Positions 41,301 through 49,283 of a stretch of DNA of 64,000 nucleotides are shown one piece after another. Source of the stretch: a bacterium. Lineage in GTDB: Bacteria; Zhuqueibacterota; Zhuqueibacteria; Residuimicrobiales; Krinioviventaceae. Position 1 is the first letter of the stretch. Each line of letters starts with the position of its first letter. The DNA lies in NCBI GenBank assembly GCA_963675755.2, contig CAXXMD010000003.1, positions 1,504,001 to 1,568,000 of the forward strand. Direction: 5' to 3'. Below the pieces are notes generated by a model. The model had not been told where the DNA came from. It saw only the letters and a list, made by a program, of their open reading frames with translations, and did not search any database. A program made the position numbers and the translations under genes.

Positions 41301-43361
41301 ATTGATCTTGAAGCTGAGCTTTTGGAATCAGGTGACACGGAATCTGATGTTTTTGAACCCAGCCAGGAGATACCTGATCAAGAAACCCATTCAGATGATT
41401 TGGTAGAAGAACCGGATTTTATGGAATCGATTTTCGATGACTCTCATCCAGAGCTGTTGTCTGTAGAAGAACAGGATGAGGTTCAGGAACAATCCGAACC
41501 CGAGATGGAAGACGCGGTTGAACCACAGGAGACTGTTCTGGAGGATGAGAACAAAGAACCGGAGCTCTTGACAGTTGATAATCTTGAAAAAGAACCTGAT
41601 CTGATAGATACGCTTTCTGATGAAACGGATGAAGAAAGCCTGGAAGATATTTTTGCAACAGAAGATACTAAAGAATCGGAGCCAGACATGCAGGTTGATC
41701 AACCTGTTGCTGAATACAATAATGATCTTTTACAGGAAACAACACCTGACGAACAAACTGAACAAGATGAAGAACCGGATCTGGTAGAATCTTTGACTGT
41801 AGATATTGACGAGTCTATGTTTGCTTTTCCGGAAGAAGAGTCGGAATCTACCAGTGCGTTTGATGAATTCATGTTTGATCATGAAGAGGAAATAGAAACA
41901 CAGGCACAGGTGACTGTTACCGAAAAAGAAGAGATAGCTGAAACTGAAGAGCCGGAAGTTCAGTTTATTCATCAAACAGAAGTAATGGATGAAACCTCAA
42001 GTGATGAAGAAGAAATTGATATATTTGCAGATGTAGAAGAAGTTGATGATGAAAGTCTGTTTGTAAAAGAAGAACCCATTGAAGAAAATGATCTGGTAAC
42101 CAATGATTTCTTTGTTCAGGATGAAACAGAAAAGCAGGATCCTGAAATCAAAGATAACCGGTTTGATGTAATGGATATTTATGATCCTGAAATGGATAGT
42201 CAGGCTGAGCATAAAGATGCTATCACACATCCATTTAATGATGTATCTGAGCCAGAAACGGATGGACAGCCCCAATTAGATGAGCAGGTTTTTGAATCAA
42301 TTTCCGACTCTTCAATGGATTCTATAGATGACCATGTGTTTGAGCATTATGAAGAAAATGTTGCTGCTTCTGATGAAAATTTATCTCCTGCCGATATTTT
42401 ATTGGGCGATGAGGAAGATGAAACTTTATTAATAGATCCAAACAATCCTTTAATTGAAATACACAATCTGGATGAAGAACCCGATGTAACAGATTTGGGT
42501 GTAGAGGGGAAATATAAACCCCGGGATGTAGAGCAGGAAGAGAGAGATCTGATAGATATGCTGGATTCGGATGATACGCTGATTGAAGAGCCGGAAACAC
42601 CAGCGAGAAAATCGTTTTATGATCAACATAATGTAGAAGAAGCGGATGTTATTTCTGAAAGTAGTTATGATCAGACACCTCCGGCGGTTCAACCCTTTGA
42701 TGATTTGGTAAAATCTGAACATGATGACCAGCGTGACGCAGAGACGGTAAACTGGGAAGATGTTAAAGATGATTTTGATTTTTCCATTTCGTATGATGAT
42801 ATTTGGGAAATCAAAGAAATGAAACCCGAGACCCGTACTGGTGCAGTTCAATCCGCAGGCCCGGAAGAGGACAAAATGTCATTTGAAGAGTTGATTGAGC
42901 TGGCTGGTAAAGATGATAAAGATACAGGTACAGCTTCCTACACGGCAACGAATAGTCCTCAAAACCCAAATGTACAGCATGAAAAAGATCAATTGTTCCG
43001 TGATAAATTAATGACCAAAGCGATAAAGTTGTACGAAAAAGAGGAATATACCGAAGCCATTCAAGTGTTTTTAGATTTAAAGAAAAAACATCCTCAAGAT
43101 TACAAGGTCCACGGATATTTGGGGAATGCTTATTTTCATAATAAACAATATTCCAAAGCAGCCGTAGAATACGAACAAGTGCTGGAAATTAATGAAAATA
43201 ATATTCAGGCATGTGAAAATCTTGGTGTTGTTTACGCAAATCAGGGTAATTTGAGTAAAGCTATACAACAATGGGAAAAGTTGTTGACTATATCTCCCGA
43301 ACGTATAGATATTAAAAAAAGTATCGAACGCGCCAAAAAGTACTTGAATAAAATGGTTTAG
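38364..43361 (+). CDS. Membrane-bound RsbW-like kinase / HAMP / SpoIIE (PP2C) phosphatase fusion with HTHs, long acidic region and C-terminal TPR
   Basis: HATPase boxes (DEAATNIIKHAY, D.G..FDP, GGLGIFMM); two TM helices; HAMP (TPLKRL..EVGEIAKAF); PP2C motifs (EVGGDYYD, ADVSGKG, SAGHNP, YTDGVTEA, DDITL); D/E-rich tract; TPRs. TTG start. Confidence 0.9.
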   Translation: MAKTSENEQLKIQANVDHLGELREFVTRIGKKYGYSERVVNAFKLSIDEAATNIIKHAYKEWDGDITIRAVKRKSSLTFVLIDNGKYFDPRQFKDPDLQKYVDIGKKGGLGIFMMRRLLDRIDYKKTEEGNELWLTKNKQEKPGRPKITVSPIPLGLKARYWLFSMAAFTIVLVLVYLFFFMDQNQVVLSRYIEKAREACSIVGSDISENLIPDNDLITDEIIDDLVKNGSMDPIILDYTNTSIKNLLNTEYSDILLNAFVVDNIQNILSTAEFDSVYFRILSRFDIPGENKKLEENVYEYRLPSGEKVVDYTWQVRNAEDRTLCTLHFLIDYQTIQKEINAARFSYLNLVLLVWVIGAAGLFLLIYLVMTPLKRLQDWVKTMNQPGDLEDLEIDTSTEVGEIAKAFSDITLKLRDSQANLAEQERLQKEMQVAQEIQQTLLPSEFPDLEGYDLASFYAAAKEVGGDYYDFVEVDQDTLGIVVADVSGKGVPGSLVMTMIRTALRTEARGVKDAAEVLTRVNDFVVNDMKKGMFVTLFYVIVDSKKRRINYASAGHNPMILYRASQKKTYYLNPKGFPIGISLPDKDLFKNSLESDSIALTEDDILIVYTDGVTEAMNTKRDLFGEERFLKVIQNNGESTADEFVENLKSEIMSFTEGSPQNDDITLVAIKEQTSAEKLELKRAKDAYLAIQNGKSVKQACKEAGISTYSYYNKYKTRFEENELDDVLADEPTEEFEVKQLSIEEKTKIYDVIKRFPEFGAKRISEELNSEHYENTVISPAKIYDELVSSRLNTKKLREGFIARGNRKKRMKPPGTPMLTIDGKIIVNKPKPEPRFELPEPVETEKHQEVITTGDIFNDEKPPEEEIPQNQEQETETIDSKEDQETISTVEETHEPIQIEEMSSEDVLTFEDLTDFSFDVNETFDEIESELSEAVDISETVAQEDTESLDDSSAKSSEENDVLNLVSDEQFDETQEVDTIDLEAELLESGDTESDVFEPSQEIPDQETHSDDLVEEPDFMESIFDDSHPELLSVEEQDEVQEQSEPEMEDAVEPQETVLEDENKEPELLTVDNLEKEPDLIDTLSDETDEESLEDIFATEDTKESEPDMQVDQPVAEYNNDLLQETTPDEQTEQDEEPDLVESLTVDIDESMFAFPEEESESTSAFDEFMFDHEEEIETQAQVTVTEKEEIAETEEPEVQFIHQTEVMDETSSDEEEIDIFADVEEVDDESLFVKEEPIEENDLVTNDFFVQDETEKQDPEIKDNRFDVMDIYDPEMDSQAEHKDAITHPFNDVSEPETDGQPQLDEQVFESISDSSMDSIDDHVFEHYEENVAASDENLSPADILLGDEEDETLLIDPNNPLIEIHNLDEEPDVTDLGVEGKYKPRDVEQEERDLIDMLDSDDTLIEEPETPARKSFYDQHNVEEADVISESSYDQTPPAVQPFDDLVKSEHDDQRDAETVNWEDVKDDFDFSISYDDIWEIKEMKPETRTGAVQSAGPEEDKMSFEELIELAGKDDKDTGTASYTATNSPQNPNVQHEKDQLFRDKLMTKAIKLYEKEEYTEAIQVFLDLKKKHPQDYKVHGYLGNAYFHNKQYSKAAVEYEQVLEINENNIQACENLGVVYANQGNLSKAIQQWEKLLTISPERIDIKKSIERAKKYLNKMV

Positions 43362-43390
43362 CAAAATATACTGTTCTTATTAAATAGATG

Positions 43391-43419
43391 TTGACATTGG
43401 TAAAGTGAACTCATATATT
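43391..43419 (+). promoter_or_regulatory. Putative sigma70 promoter upstream of the STAS gene
   Basis: TTGACA-N17-TATATT, about 70 bp before ATG 43488 (GGAG RBS). Confidence 0.6.
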
Positions 43420-43487
43420 ATCTGATGCCCACAGTTTACGGGGCGTGAAATAAAAGATAATAGGGGTTTATACGGAGATATATTTAA

Positions 43488-44165
43488 ATGGAAGGTATTC
43501 AGTTGTCTGTTGACAGGGCTGGAACAAACAACAGCATATCTGTTATTAAGGTTGGCGGATACATTGACACAACCACATCAGCCGAATTGGAACACGCATT
43601 AAACGGTTTGATCAAAGCCGGATCTTATATGATCGTTATTGACCTGGGAAGAGTTGATTATGTAAGTAGTGCGGGTTGGGGAATTTTTATCAGCGAAATT
43701 AAAGGTATTCGTGAAAAAAGCGGCGATTTAAAGCTGGTCAATATGGTACCCGAAGTTTATGAAGTCTTTGAATTACTTGAATTTCATCATATATTAAAAG
43801 CATTTGACAGCATTCAGGATGCTGTTGCGGATTTTGAAAAAAATCTTGTAGGTTCCGTTTCAGAGCCCAAGAAAAGCAAACCCGAGCCACAGCCAGAGAG
43901 CAAACCGATTCAGCAGGATATTCCTCCTGTGCAAACAGAGACCAAACGTCCTTCACAGGCTGCCAATTTGTCGATTGACGAAAAGATACAAAGAATCGTT
44001 GCGGCCGAGCCTGATGCAAGCACCGTTCAGATCGTACGTATGTTAAATACATCTCAATATGGATTTGTCAAAATAGGCTGGTTTGGTTTACGTCGTGCGC
44101 TTAAACGTCTGGATCTGGACTCGAAACAAAAAAGAAAACTCCATGCCATTACTTATGATGGTTAA
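43488..44165 (+). CDS. STAS anti-sigma-factor antagonist (RsbV/SpoIIAA-like) with C-terminal HTH-like domain
   Basis: V.G.ID..T..EL and D...VDYVSSAGWG (phospho-Ser motif); Pro-rich linker; extra C-terminal helical domain. Confidence 0.88.
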   Translation: MEGIQLSVDRAGTNNSISVIKVGGYIDTTTSAELEHALNGLIKAGSYMIVIDLGRVDYVSSAGWGIFISEIKGIREKSGDLKLVNMVPEVYEVFELLEFHHILKAFDSIQDAVADFEKNLVGSVSEPKKSKPEPQPESKPIQQDIPPVQTETKRPSQAANLSIDEKIQRIVAAEPDASTVQIVRMLNTSQYGFVKIGWFGLRRALKRLDLDSKQKRKLHAITYDG

Positions 44166-44216
44166 TCCACATTGGGGGTTAGTCATTCACCTTTTAAAAT
44201 TGAATCCTTTTTATTT

Positions 44217-45206
44217 ATGTTTATAGATTCTGCAAAAATACATGTTAAAGCCGGAGATGGCGGAGACGGATGTGTTGCGTTCCGTCGTGAAAAATATGTG
44301 CCCAAAGGCGGTCCCAGTGGTGGAGACGGTGGCAAGGGTGGAGATATTATATTTATAGCAGATTCATATATTCATACATTGATGGATTTTCGCTATCAGC
44401 GTGACTATAAAGGTGAGCGTGGCGGTCATGGACAGGGCTCCAACAAAACCGGTAAAGGCGGTAAAGACTGTATTATCAAAGTACCGGTTGGGACCGTTGT
44501 TTATGATGTTGATGAAAATGTAATTATTGCCGATATGGTAGAAAATGGACAGCAGGCGATTGTTGCCCAGGGAGGAAGAGGCGGAAGGGGCAATGCCCGT
44601 TTTAAATCTCCAACCAATCAGACCCCTCGTGTTTGTGAAGAGGGCGGCAAAGGTGAAGAAAAAAATCTGGCGCTTGAATTAAAGCTTTTAGCCGATGTGG
44701 GATTCGTAGGGCTTCCAAACGCTGGCAAGTCTACCTTGTTGTCTCGCATAACTGCAGCTAAACCCAAAATTGCAGATTACCCCTTTACTACATTGACACC
44801 CAACCTGGGAATTGTTAAAGTAAGGGAGTTTCAAAGTTTTGTTACGGCAGATATTCCGGGACTGATTGAAGGTGCGCATTTGGGAAAAGGATTGGGAATC
44901 CAGTTTCTAAAACATATTGAACGTACCCGTTTGTTATTGATTTTGCTCGATGCAACTTCAGAAACCCTTGAAGAAGATTTTGAAACTCTGCAGGGCGAGC
45001 TTGATTCTTATGGCCAGGGACTGGAACACAAGCCCAGAATGGTTGTGTATACAAAATTTGATTTAATAGACGATTCATTTAAACCCTTGACGCATAAAGC
45101 GTTGAAAAATGTACCAACTTTGATGATATCTTCGGTAACCGGGGAGAATATTCAGGAACTCACACAAATGGTGTGGGACCTGTTGAATTCTGAAACAGAA
45201 AAATAA
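44217..45206 (+). CDS. obgE: GTPase ObgE/CgtA
   Basis: MFIDSAKI.V.AGDGG.G, FRREKYVPKGGPSGGDGG, GLPNAGKST, ADYPFTTL.PNLG, DIPGLIEGA; start set to ATG 44217. Confidence 0.96.
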   Translation: MFIDSAKIHVKAGDGGDGCVAFRREKYVPKGGPSGGDGGKGGDIIFIADSYIHTLMDFRYQRDYKGERGGHGQGSNKTGKGGKDCIIKVPVGTVVYDVDENVIIADMVENGQQAIVAQGGRGGRGNARFKSPTNQTPRVCEEGGKGEEKNLALELKLLADVGFVGLPNAGKSTLLSRITAAKPKIADYPFTTLTPNLGIVKVREFQSFVTADIPGLIEGAHLGKGLGIQFLKHIERTRLLLILLDATSETLEEDFETLQGELDSYGQGLEHKPRMVVYTKFDLIDDSFKPLTHKALKNVPTLMISSVTGENIQELTQMVWDLLNSETEK

Positions 45207-45211
45207 TAAAC

Positions 45212-46315
45212 ATGAAAACATCCAGAGATACCCGGCAGTATCTTGAGGCGTTGTTCAGATTGTGTACGGTACCCCGTATCGGTTCAAAACGTATACGTTC
45301 TTTGGTTGCGCGTTTTGGCACTCCTGACAAGGTGTTTGGTGCGTCTGTACGGGAGCTTGTTGAAATTGAAGGCATTAGCAAGCAGCTTGCCCAGAATATC
45401 AAACAACACAAGAACGACTCTTTTATTGAAAACCAGATCCAACTATTGCAAACGCGTAACGCCAATGTTGTTTCATTTTGGCAGGACGAGTATCCGCCGT
45501 CTTTGAAGAATATACCGGATGCGCCCATCTTGCTGTACTATAAAGGTAACGGCTTACCAGTTGGGCAAAAGTCCCTTGCAATTGTTGGTACCCGGCACCC
45601 CAGTGCTTATGGAAAATTGATTACCGAGTCTTTCACTCGAGATCTGGTAAGAAACGGATTTACACTGGTGAGCGGTCTGGCAAGGGGAGTAGATACCATA
45701 GCACATCAGACAACTGTGAATGAAGGCGGACAAACCATAGCGGTTTTAGGCTCGGGAGTGGATGTGATCTATCCGTATGAAAACAAAAAGCTGTCAGAGT
45801 CTATTTGTGAAAAGGGTTTGCTGGTATCCGAGTTTCCATTGGGCACCAAGCCGGAAGCCATGTTTTTTCCGAGGAGAAACCGTATCATTGCGGGATTATG
45901 CTCTGCAACCCTGGTAATAGAAGCCGGAAAAAAGAGCGGAGCGCTTATAACGGCTGATCGGGCAATAGAACAGGGGAGTGATGTGTTTGCTGTTCCGGGG
46001 AACATCAACAGTCCCAAAAGCGCGGGCTGTAATCAGTTGATTCAGCAGGGGGCCAAGCTTATCACAAACGTTCAGGATATTCTGGAAGAATATGATTCTG
46101 TTGGCGCAGTACCTGTACAACAGCAGGCACCACCAGATCTGTCCGCGGATGAAAAGAAAATCTTTGATTTGTTATCAAATGAGCCTTTGCATATAGATCG
46201 ATTGTCAGAAAAAGCGGGATTGCCAACATCGCAGGTGCTGGGCGTGTTATTATCGCTTGAATTACGTAATCTTGCCAAACAGATCATAGGAAAACACTTT
46301 ATCAGGTCGTTTTAG
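45212..46315 (+). CDS. dprA: DNA-processing protein DprA (Smf)
   Basis: AIVGTR, VSGLARGVD..AH, FP.RNRIIAGL, SGALITA, FAVPG. Confidence 0.95.
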   Translation: MKTSRDTRQYLEALFRLCTVPRIGSKRIRSLVARFGTPDKVFGASVRELVEIEGISKQLAQNIKQHKNDSFIENQIQLLQTRNANVVSFWQDEYPPSLKNIPDAPILLYYKGNGLPVGQKSLAIVGTRHPSAYGKLITESFTRDLVRNGFTLVSGLARGVDTIAHQTTVNEGGQTIAVLGSGVDVIYPYENKKLSESICEKGLLVSEFPLGTKPEAMFFPRRNRIIAGLCSATLVIEAGKKSGALITADRAIEQGSDVFAVPGNINSPKSAGCNQLIQQGAKLITNVQDILEEYDSVGAVPVQQQAPPDLSADEKKIFDLLSNEPLHIDRLSEKAGLPTSQVLGVLLSLELRNLAKQIIGKHFIRSF

Positions 46316-46350
46316 GCTGTCCGGTAAATTCAATAAAGTAAAAAAAATAT

Positions 46351-46379
46351 TTGACAAAGAATTATAAATTTTGTACATT
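46351..46379 (+). promoter_or_regulatory. Putative sigma70 promoter of the tRNA-Ser pair
   Basis: TTGACA-N17-TACATT, 16 bp before the first tRNA. Confidence 0.7.
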
Positions 46380-46394
46380 TATTGTCTATCAATC

Positions 46395-46478
46395 GGAGGG
46401 CTAGTCCTAATTGGTAAGGCAGCGGTCTTGAAAACCGCCGGGTTCGCGCCCTTGGGAGTTCGAGTCTCCCGCCCTCCG
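46395..46478 (+). tRNA. tRNA-Ser (anticodon TGA), long variable arm, CCA not encoded
   Basis: Acceptor GGAGGGC/GCCCTCC plus G; anticodon arm GCGGT-CTTGAAA-ACCGC; T arm GGGAG-TTCGAGT-CTCCC. Confidence 0.95.
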
Positions 46479-46501
46479 CAAGACGTAAAGTAAGCTCATT
46501 C

Positions 46502-46588
46502 GGAGAGATGCCAGAGAGGCCGAATGGGGCGGCCTGCTAAGCCGTTGTAGGGGTTTCCCTACCGAGGGTTCGAATCCCTCTCTCTCCG
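46502..46588 (+). tRNA. tRNA-Ser (anticodon GCT), long variable arm, CCA not encoded
   Basis: Acceptor GGAGAGA/TCTCTCC plus G; anticodon arm GCGGC-CTGCTAA-GCCGT; T arm GAGGG-TTCGAAT-CCCTC. Confidence 0.95.
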
Positions 46589-46609
46589 CTAAAGAGACGG
46601 GAAAAAGAT

Positions 46610-46984
46610 ATGAGAATTTTAATTAAACGCTTGGAAATATGGTCTGTTGTTAAAATTGTCTTTTTATTATCTTTAATCCTCGGTTTCATTTTTAGCTTGC
46701 TTTACGCCGGATTTATTATGGTTATGAGCAGTTTTATGGGTGCTATTGGCGGAGAAGACATTACACCCATGTTACCGGCAAGCGGATTGTTAGCTATCCT
46801 TATTATTTTTGGAGGAACAATCAGTTTTGCCTTTTTTTATACCATCAGCGCTTTGATATTTTCATCGTTGTACAATATCTTTTCACGTATGGTTGGCGGC
46901 TTTACAATCGAAGCCGAACAGCTTGATAAAGATCTGGACGTCGTTTCCCAAACATATATATTGGATCAAGACAACAAAGAATAA
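46610..46984 (+). CDS. Small membrane protein (DUF3566-like)
   Basis: IKRL..WSV.K; two long hydrophobic segments; LYN..S..VGG. Confidence 0.65.
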   Translation: MRILIKRLEIWSVVKIVFLLSLILGFIFSLLYAGFIMVMSSFMGAIGGEDITPMLPASGLLAILIIFGGTISFAFFYTISALIFSSLYNIFSRMVGGFTIEAEQLDKDLDVVSQTYILDQDNKE

Positions 46985-46987
46985 GTT

Positions 46988-48481
46988 ATGACAAGAACGA
47001 GATTCGCGCCGAGTCCCACAGGTTTTGTTCACATCGGTGGACTGCGAACAGCACTGTACAATTATCTGTTCGCAAAAAAACATGGCGGGACTTTTATTTT
47101 GCGCATAGAAGATACTGACCGCACCCGCTTTGTAGAGGGTGCAACCGAAAACCTGATTTCCGCCCTGAACTGGGCCGGTCTGGTTCCTGATGAAGGTCCC
47201 GAAGCCGGCGGAGATTTTGGCCCCTATTTTCAATCTGAACGTACCGAGCTGTACAAAAAATATGCTCAGGAGCTTTTGGATAACGGCTATGCGTATATCG
47301 CCTTTGATACGCCGGAAGAAATGGATGAAAAGCGAAAATCCACCGGTAACCCGCATTTGAAATATGACGCTTCCATCCGTAATGAAATGCGCAACAGCTT
47401 GAATCTGGATAACGCCCAGGTACAGGAACTGATGGATGCGGAAACGCCACATGTCATCCGATTAAAGATTCCCGAGGACCGTACCTTTACATTCAAAGAT
47501 ATTATCCGTGGCGAAGTTTCTTTCAAGAGCGAACAAGTAGATGACCAGGTATTGATCAAATCTGACGGATTCCCCACATACCATTTGGCAAACGTAGTAG
47601 ATGATCACCTGATGGAGATCACGCATGTGATCCGTGGTGAAGAGTGGCTCAGCAGTGTTCCCAAGCATATCTATCTGTATGAATGCTTTGGCTGGCAGGC
47701 CCCTGAAATGGCGCATCTGCCGCTGATTCTGAATCCGGACAAATCCAAAATGTCCAAGCGCGACATCCAGTCGCTCGACGATTTGCCCCAAGGCAAAGTA
47801 GACCCGGATGTGGCCTCTTATGTGAAAAAAGGATTCGAACCGGAAGCGATCATAAATTATATAGCCTTACTGGGTTGGAATCCCGGTGAAGGCGATGAGC
47901 GACAGATCTTTACAAAAGAAGAGCTGGTGAACGAGTTCTCGCTAGAGCGCGTAAACAAGGCTGCGGCTATTTTTGATCTGCGCAAGTTGGAATGGGTAAA
48001 CGGCGAGCACATTACCCAACGTGATACAGCAGAGCTGGTTGAACAGGTAAAACCCCAACTGGCTGAAAAGGGACTGGATTATGGTTCCGAAGCGTATTTG
48101 TATCAAGTTGTGGACCTTTTAAAATCCCGCATGTTGTTTGTGGACCAGTTTGCCGTACTGGGGGAATATTTTTTTAAAGACCCGGAACAATATGATCCGC
48201 AGGTCGTAAAAAAAAGGTGGAAAGACGATTCAGTAAAATTAATACTTGAATTTGTTGATGAAATTGTTAAATTAGATGTGTTTGATAAAGAGTCGATTGA
48301 AAAAGCCCTCCATGTGGTGACCGAGCGAAATGAAGCCGGTACAGGTCGACTGATACACCCGGTACGGTTAGCGGTTTCCGGAATGGGTGTAGGTCCGGGA
48401 CTCTACGATATGTTGGTAGTCCTTGGTAAAGAAGCGGTGACAAGACGGCTGAAAGCAGGAGCTGAAGCCATTACACGTTGA
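46988..48481 (+). CDS. gltX: Glutamate--tRNA ligase
   Basis: RTRFAPSPTG.VHIGG (HIGH), RIEDTD, VIRGEEW, KMSKR. Confidence 0.97.
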   Translation: MTRTRFAPSPTGFVHIGGLRTALYNYLFAKKHGGTFILRIEDTDRTRFVEGATENLISALNWAGLVPDEGPEAGGDFGPYFQSERTELYKKYAQELLDNGYAYIAFDTPEEMDEKRKSTGNPHLKYDASIRNEMRNSLNLDNAQVQELMDAETPHVIRLKIPEDRTFTFKDIIRGEVSFKSEQVDDQVLIKSDGFPTYHLANVVDDHLMEITHVIRGEEWLSSVPKHIYLYECFGWQAPEMAHLPLILNPDKSKMSKRDIQSLDDLPQGKVDPDVASYVKKGFEPEAIINYIALLGWNPGEGDERQIFTKEELVNEFSLERVNKAAAIFDLRKLEWVNGEHITQRDTAELVEQVKPQLAEKGLDYGSEAYLYQVVDLLKSRMLFVDQFAVLGEYFFKDPEQYDPQVVKKRWKDDSVKLILEFVDEIVKLDVFDKESIEKALHVVTERNEAGTGRLIHPVRLAVSGMGVGPGLYDMLVVLGKEAVTRRLKAGAEAITR

Positions 48482-48511
48482 AACGGTAACTCGTTTATAA
48501 TATAGCCAAAC

Positions 48512-48582
48512 TGGGGTGTCGTCCAGCGGCAGGACACATGACTCTGGCTCATGGAACCGGGGTTCGAATCCCTGCACCCCAG
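48512..48582 (+). tRNA. tRNA-Gln (anticodon CTG), CCA not encoded
   Basis: Acceptor TGGGGTG/CACCCCA plus G; D arm GTCC/GGAC; anticodon arm CATGA-CTCTGGC-TCATG; T arm CGGGG-TTCGAAT-CCCTG. Confidence 0.95.
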
Positions 48583-48592
48583 CACAATACAC

Positions 48593-48616
48593 AAGGTCGG
48601 TATATCCGGCCTTTTT
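48593..48616 (+). terminator. Rho-independent terminator after tRNA-Gln
   Basis: AAGGTCGG-TATAT-CCGGCCTT followed by a T run. Confidence 0.75.
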
Positions 48617-48672
48617 GCGTTTTTGGGGGAACTGTGTTGCACCTCCCTGAGGTATCATAAAAGTATTACAAA

Positions 48673-48703
48673 GATCGTGACAGAGATTATCTCCGTCACG
48701 ATC
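48673..48703. repeat. 31-bp palindromic repeat A, copy 1
   Basis: GATCGTGACAGAGAT-T-ATCTCCGTCACGATC (one mismatch). Confidence 0.9.
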
Positions 48704-48728
48704 AAATGAAAAGGGGGATAATAAACTG

Positions 48729-49049
48729 ATGAAATGGCCCGATACAGCAGACGGAGATGTTTTTAGAAGACTTGAAGGCGATAACTTTGATTTTACCAAG
48801 GAAGCCACTATTGACATAAACATTGATTTTGATCATTGGCCGTTATCTACTGAATGCATTCAATTTATGATAGCCCATTGGCCTGGTATTGAGATTATTG
48901 AACCCGAAGAAGATGATTATGGTTGGGCAACATTCCAAATCCGGACTCTACTCACTTATGAAATGATAGTAGATTATCAAATTAAAGTTTCAGAAATGAT
49001 ATCTCCCTATGGAGGAAGATGTGAATCATGGGGGTTGTTCAGCTCTTAG
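48729..49049 (+). CDS. RraB-like (ribonuclease E inhibitor family) small acidic protein
   Basis: WP..ADGDVFRRL...FDF.....ID..IDF and C-terminal YGG.CESWG pattern; GGGGG RBS. Confidence 0.6.
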   Translation: MKWPDTADGDVFRRLEGDNFDFTKEATIDINIDFDHWPLSTECIQFMIAHWPGIEIIEPEEDDYGWATFQIRTLLTYEMIVDYQIKVSEMISPYGGRCESWGLFSS

Positions 49050-49106
49050 TTAGAAGTTAACCAAAACCTAAATAATTCTATCTGTAACAAAAACAAGTAC
49101 GGCTAC

Positions 49107-49130
49107 GAGGTTGGATTTCCAGCTTTTTTT
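49107..49130 (+). terminator. Terminator related to the post-tRNA terminator
   Basis: GAGGTTGGA-TT-TCCAGCTT plus T run, followed by GTTTTGGGGGAAAC as after the tRNA terminator. Confidence 0.6.
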
Positions 49131-49283
49131 GTTTTGGGGGAAACAATTTTCTTGGGGATATAAAAAGTTGAATTATGTTCATTTTAATATTGACATTGAC
49201 GCTGGTAATTATTATCTATAATAAATCATTCCATTTAGGGGTTATTAGAGTTATAAAAAAGTTTTAAAGAATTGGAGGGTAAG

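Noticed and set aside
46883-47452. 189-aa - strand ORF
   Set aside because: Antisense to gltX.
48368-48823. Minus-strand ORFs of 151 and 79 aa
   Set aside because: Antisense to the gltX end, tRNA-Gln and the RraB-like gene; shadow ORFs.
49190-49222. Sigma70 promoter for the FISUMP gene (TTGACA/TTGACG ... TATAAT)
   Set aside because: Spacers to TATAAT are 21 or 15 bp; plausible but not supported well enough to list.
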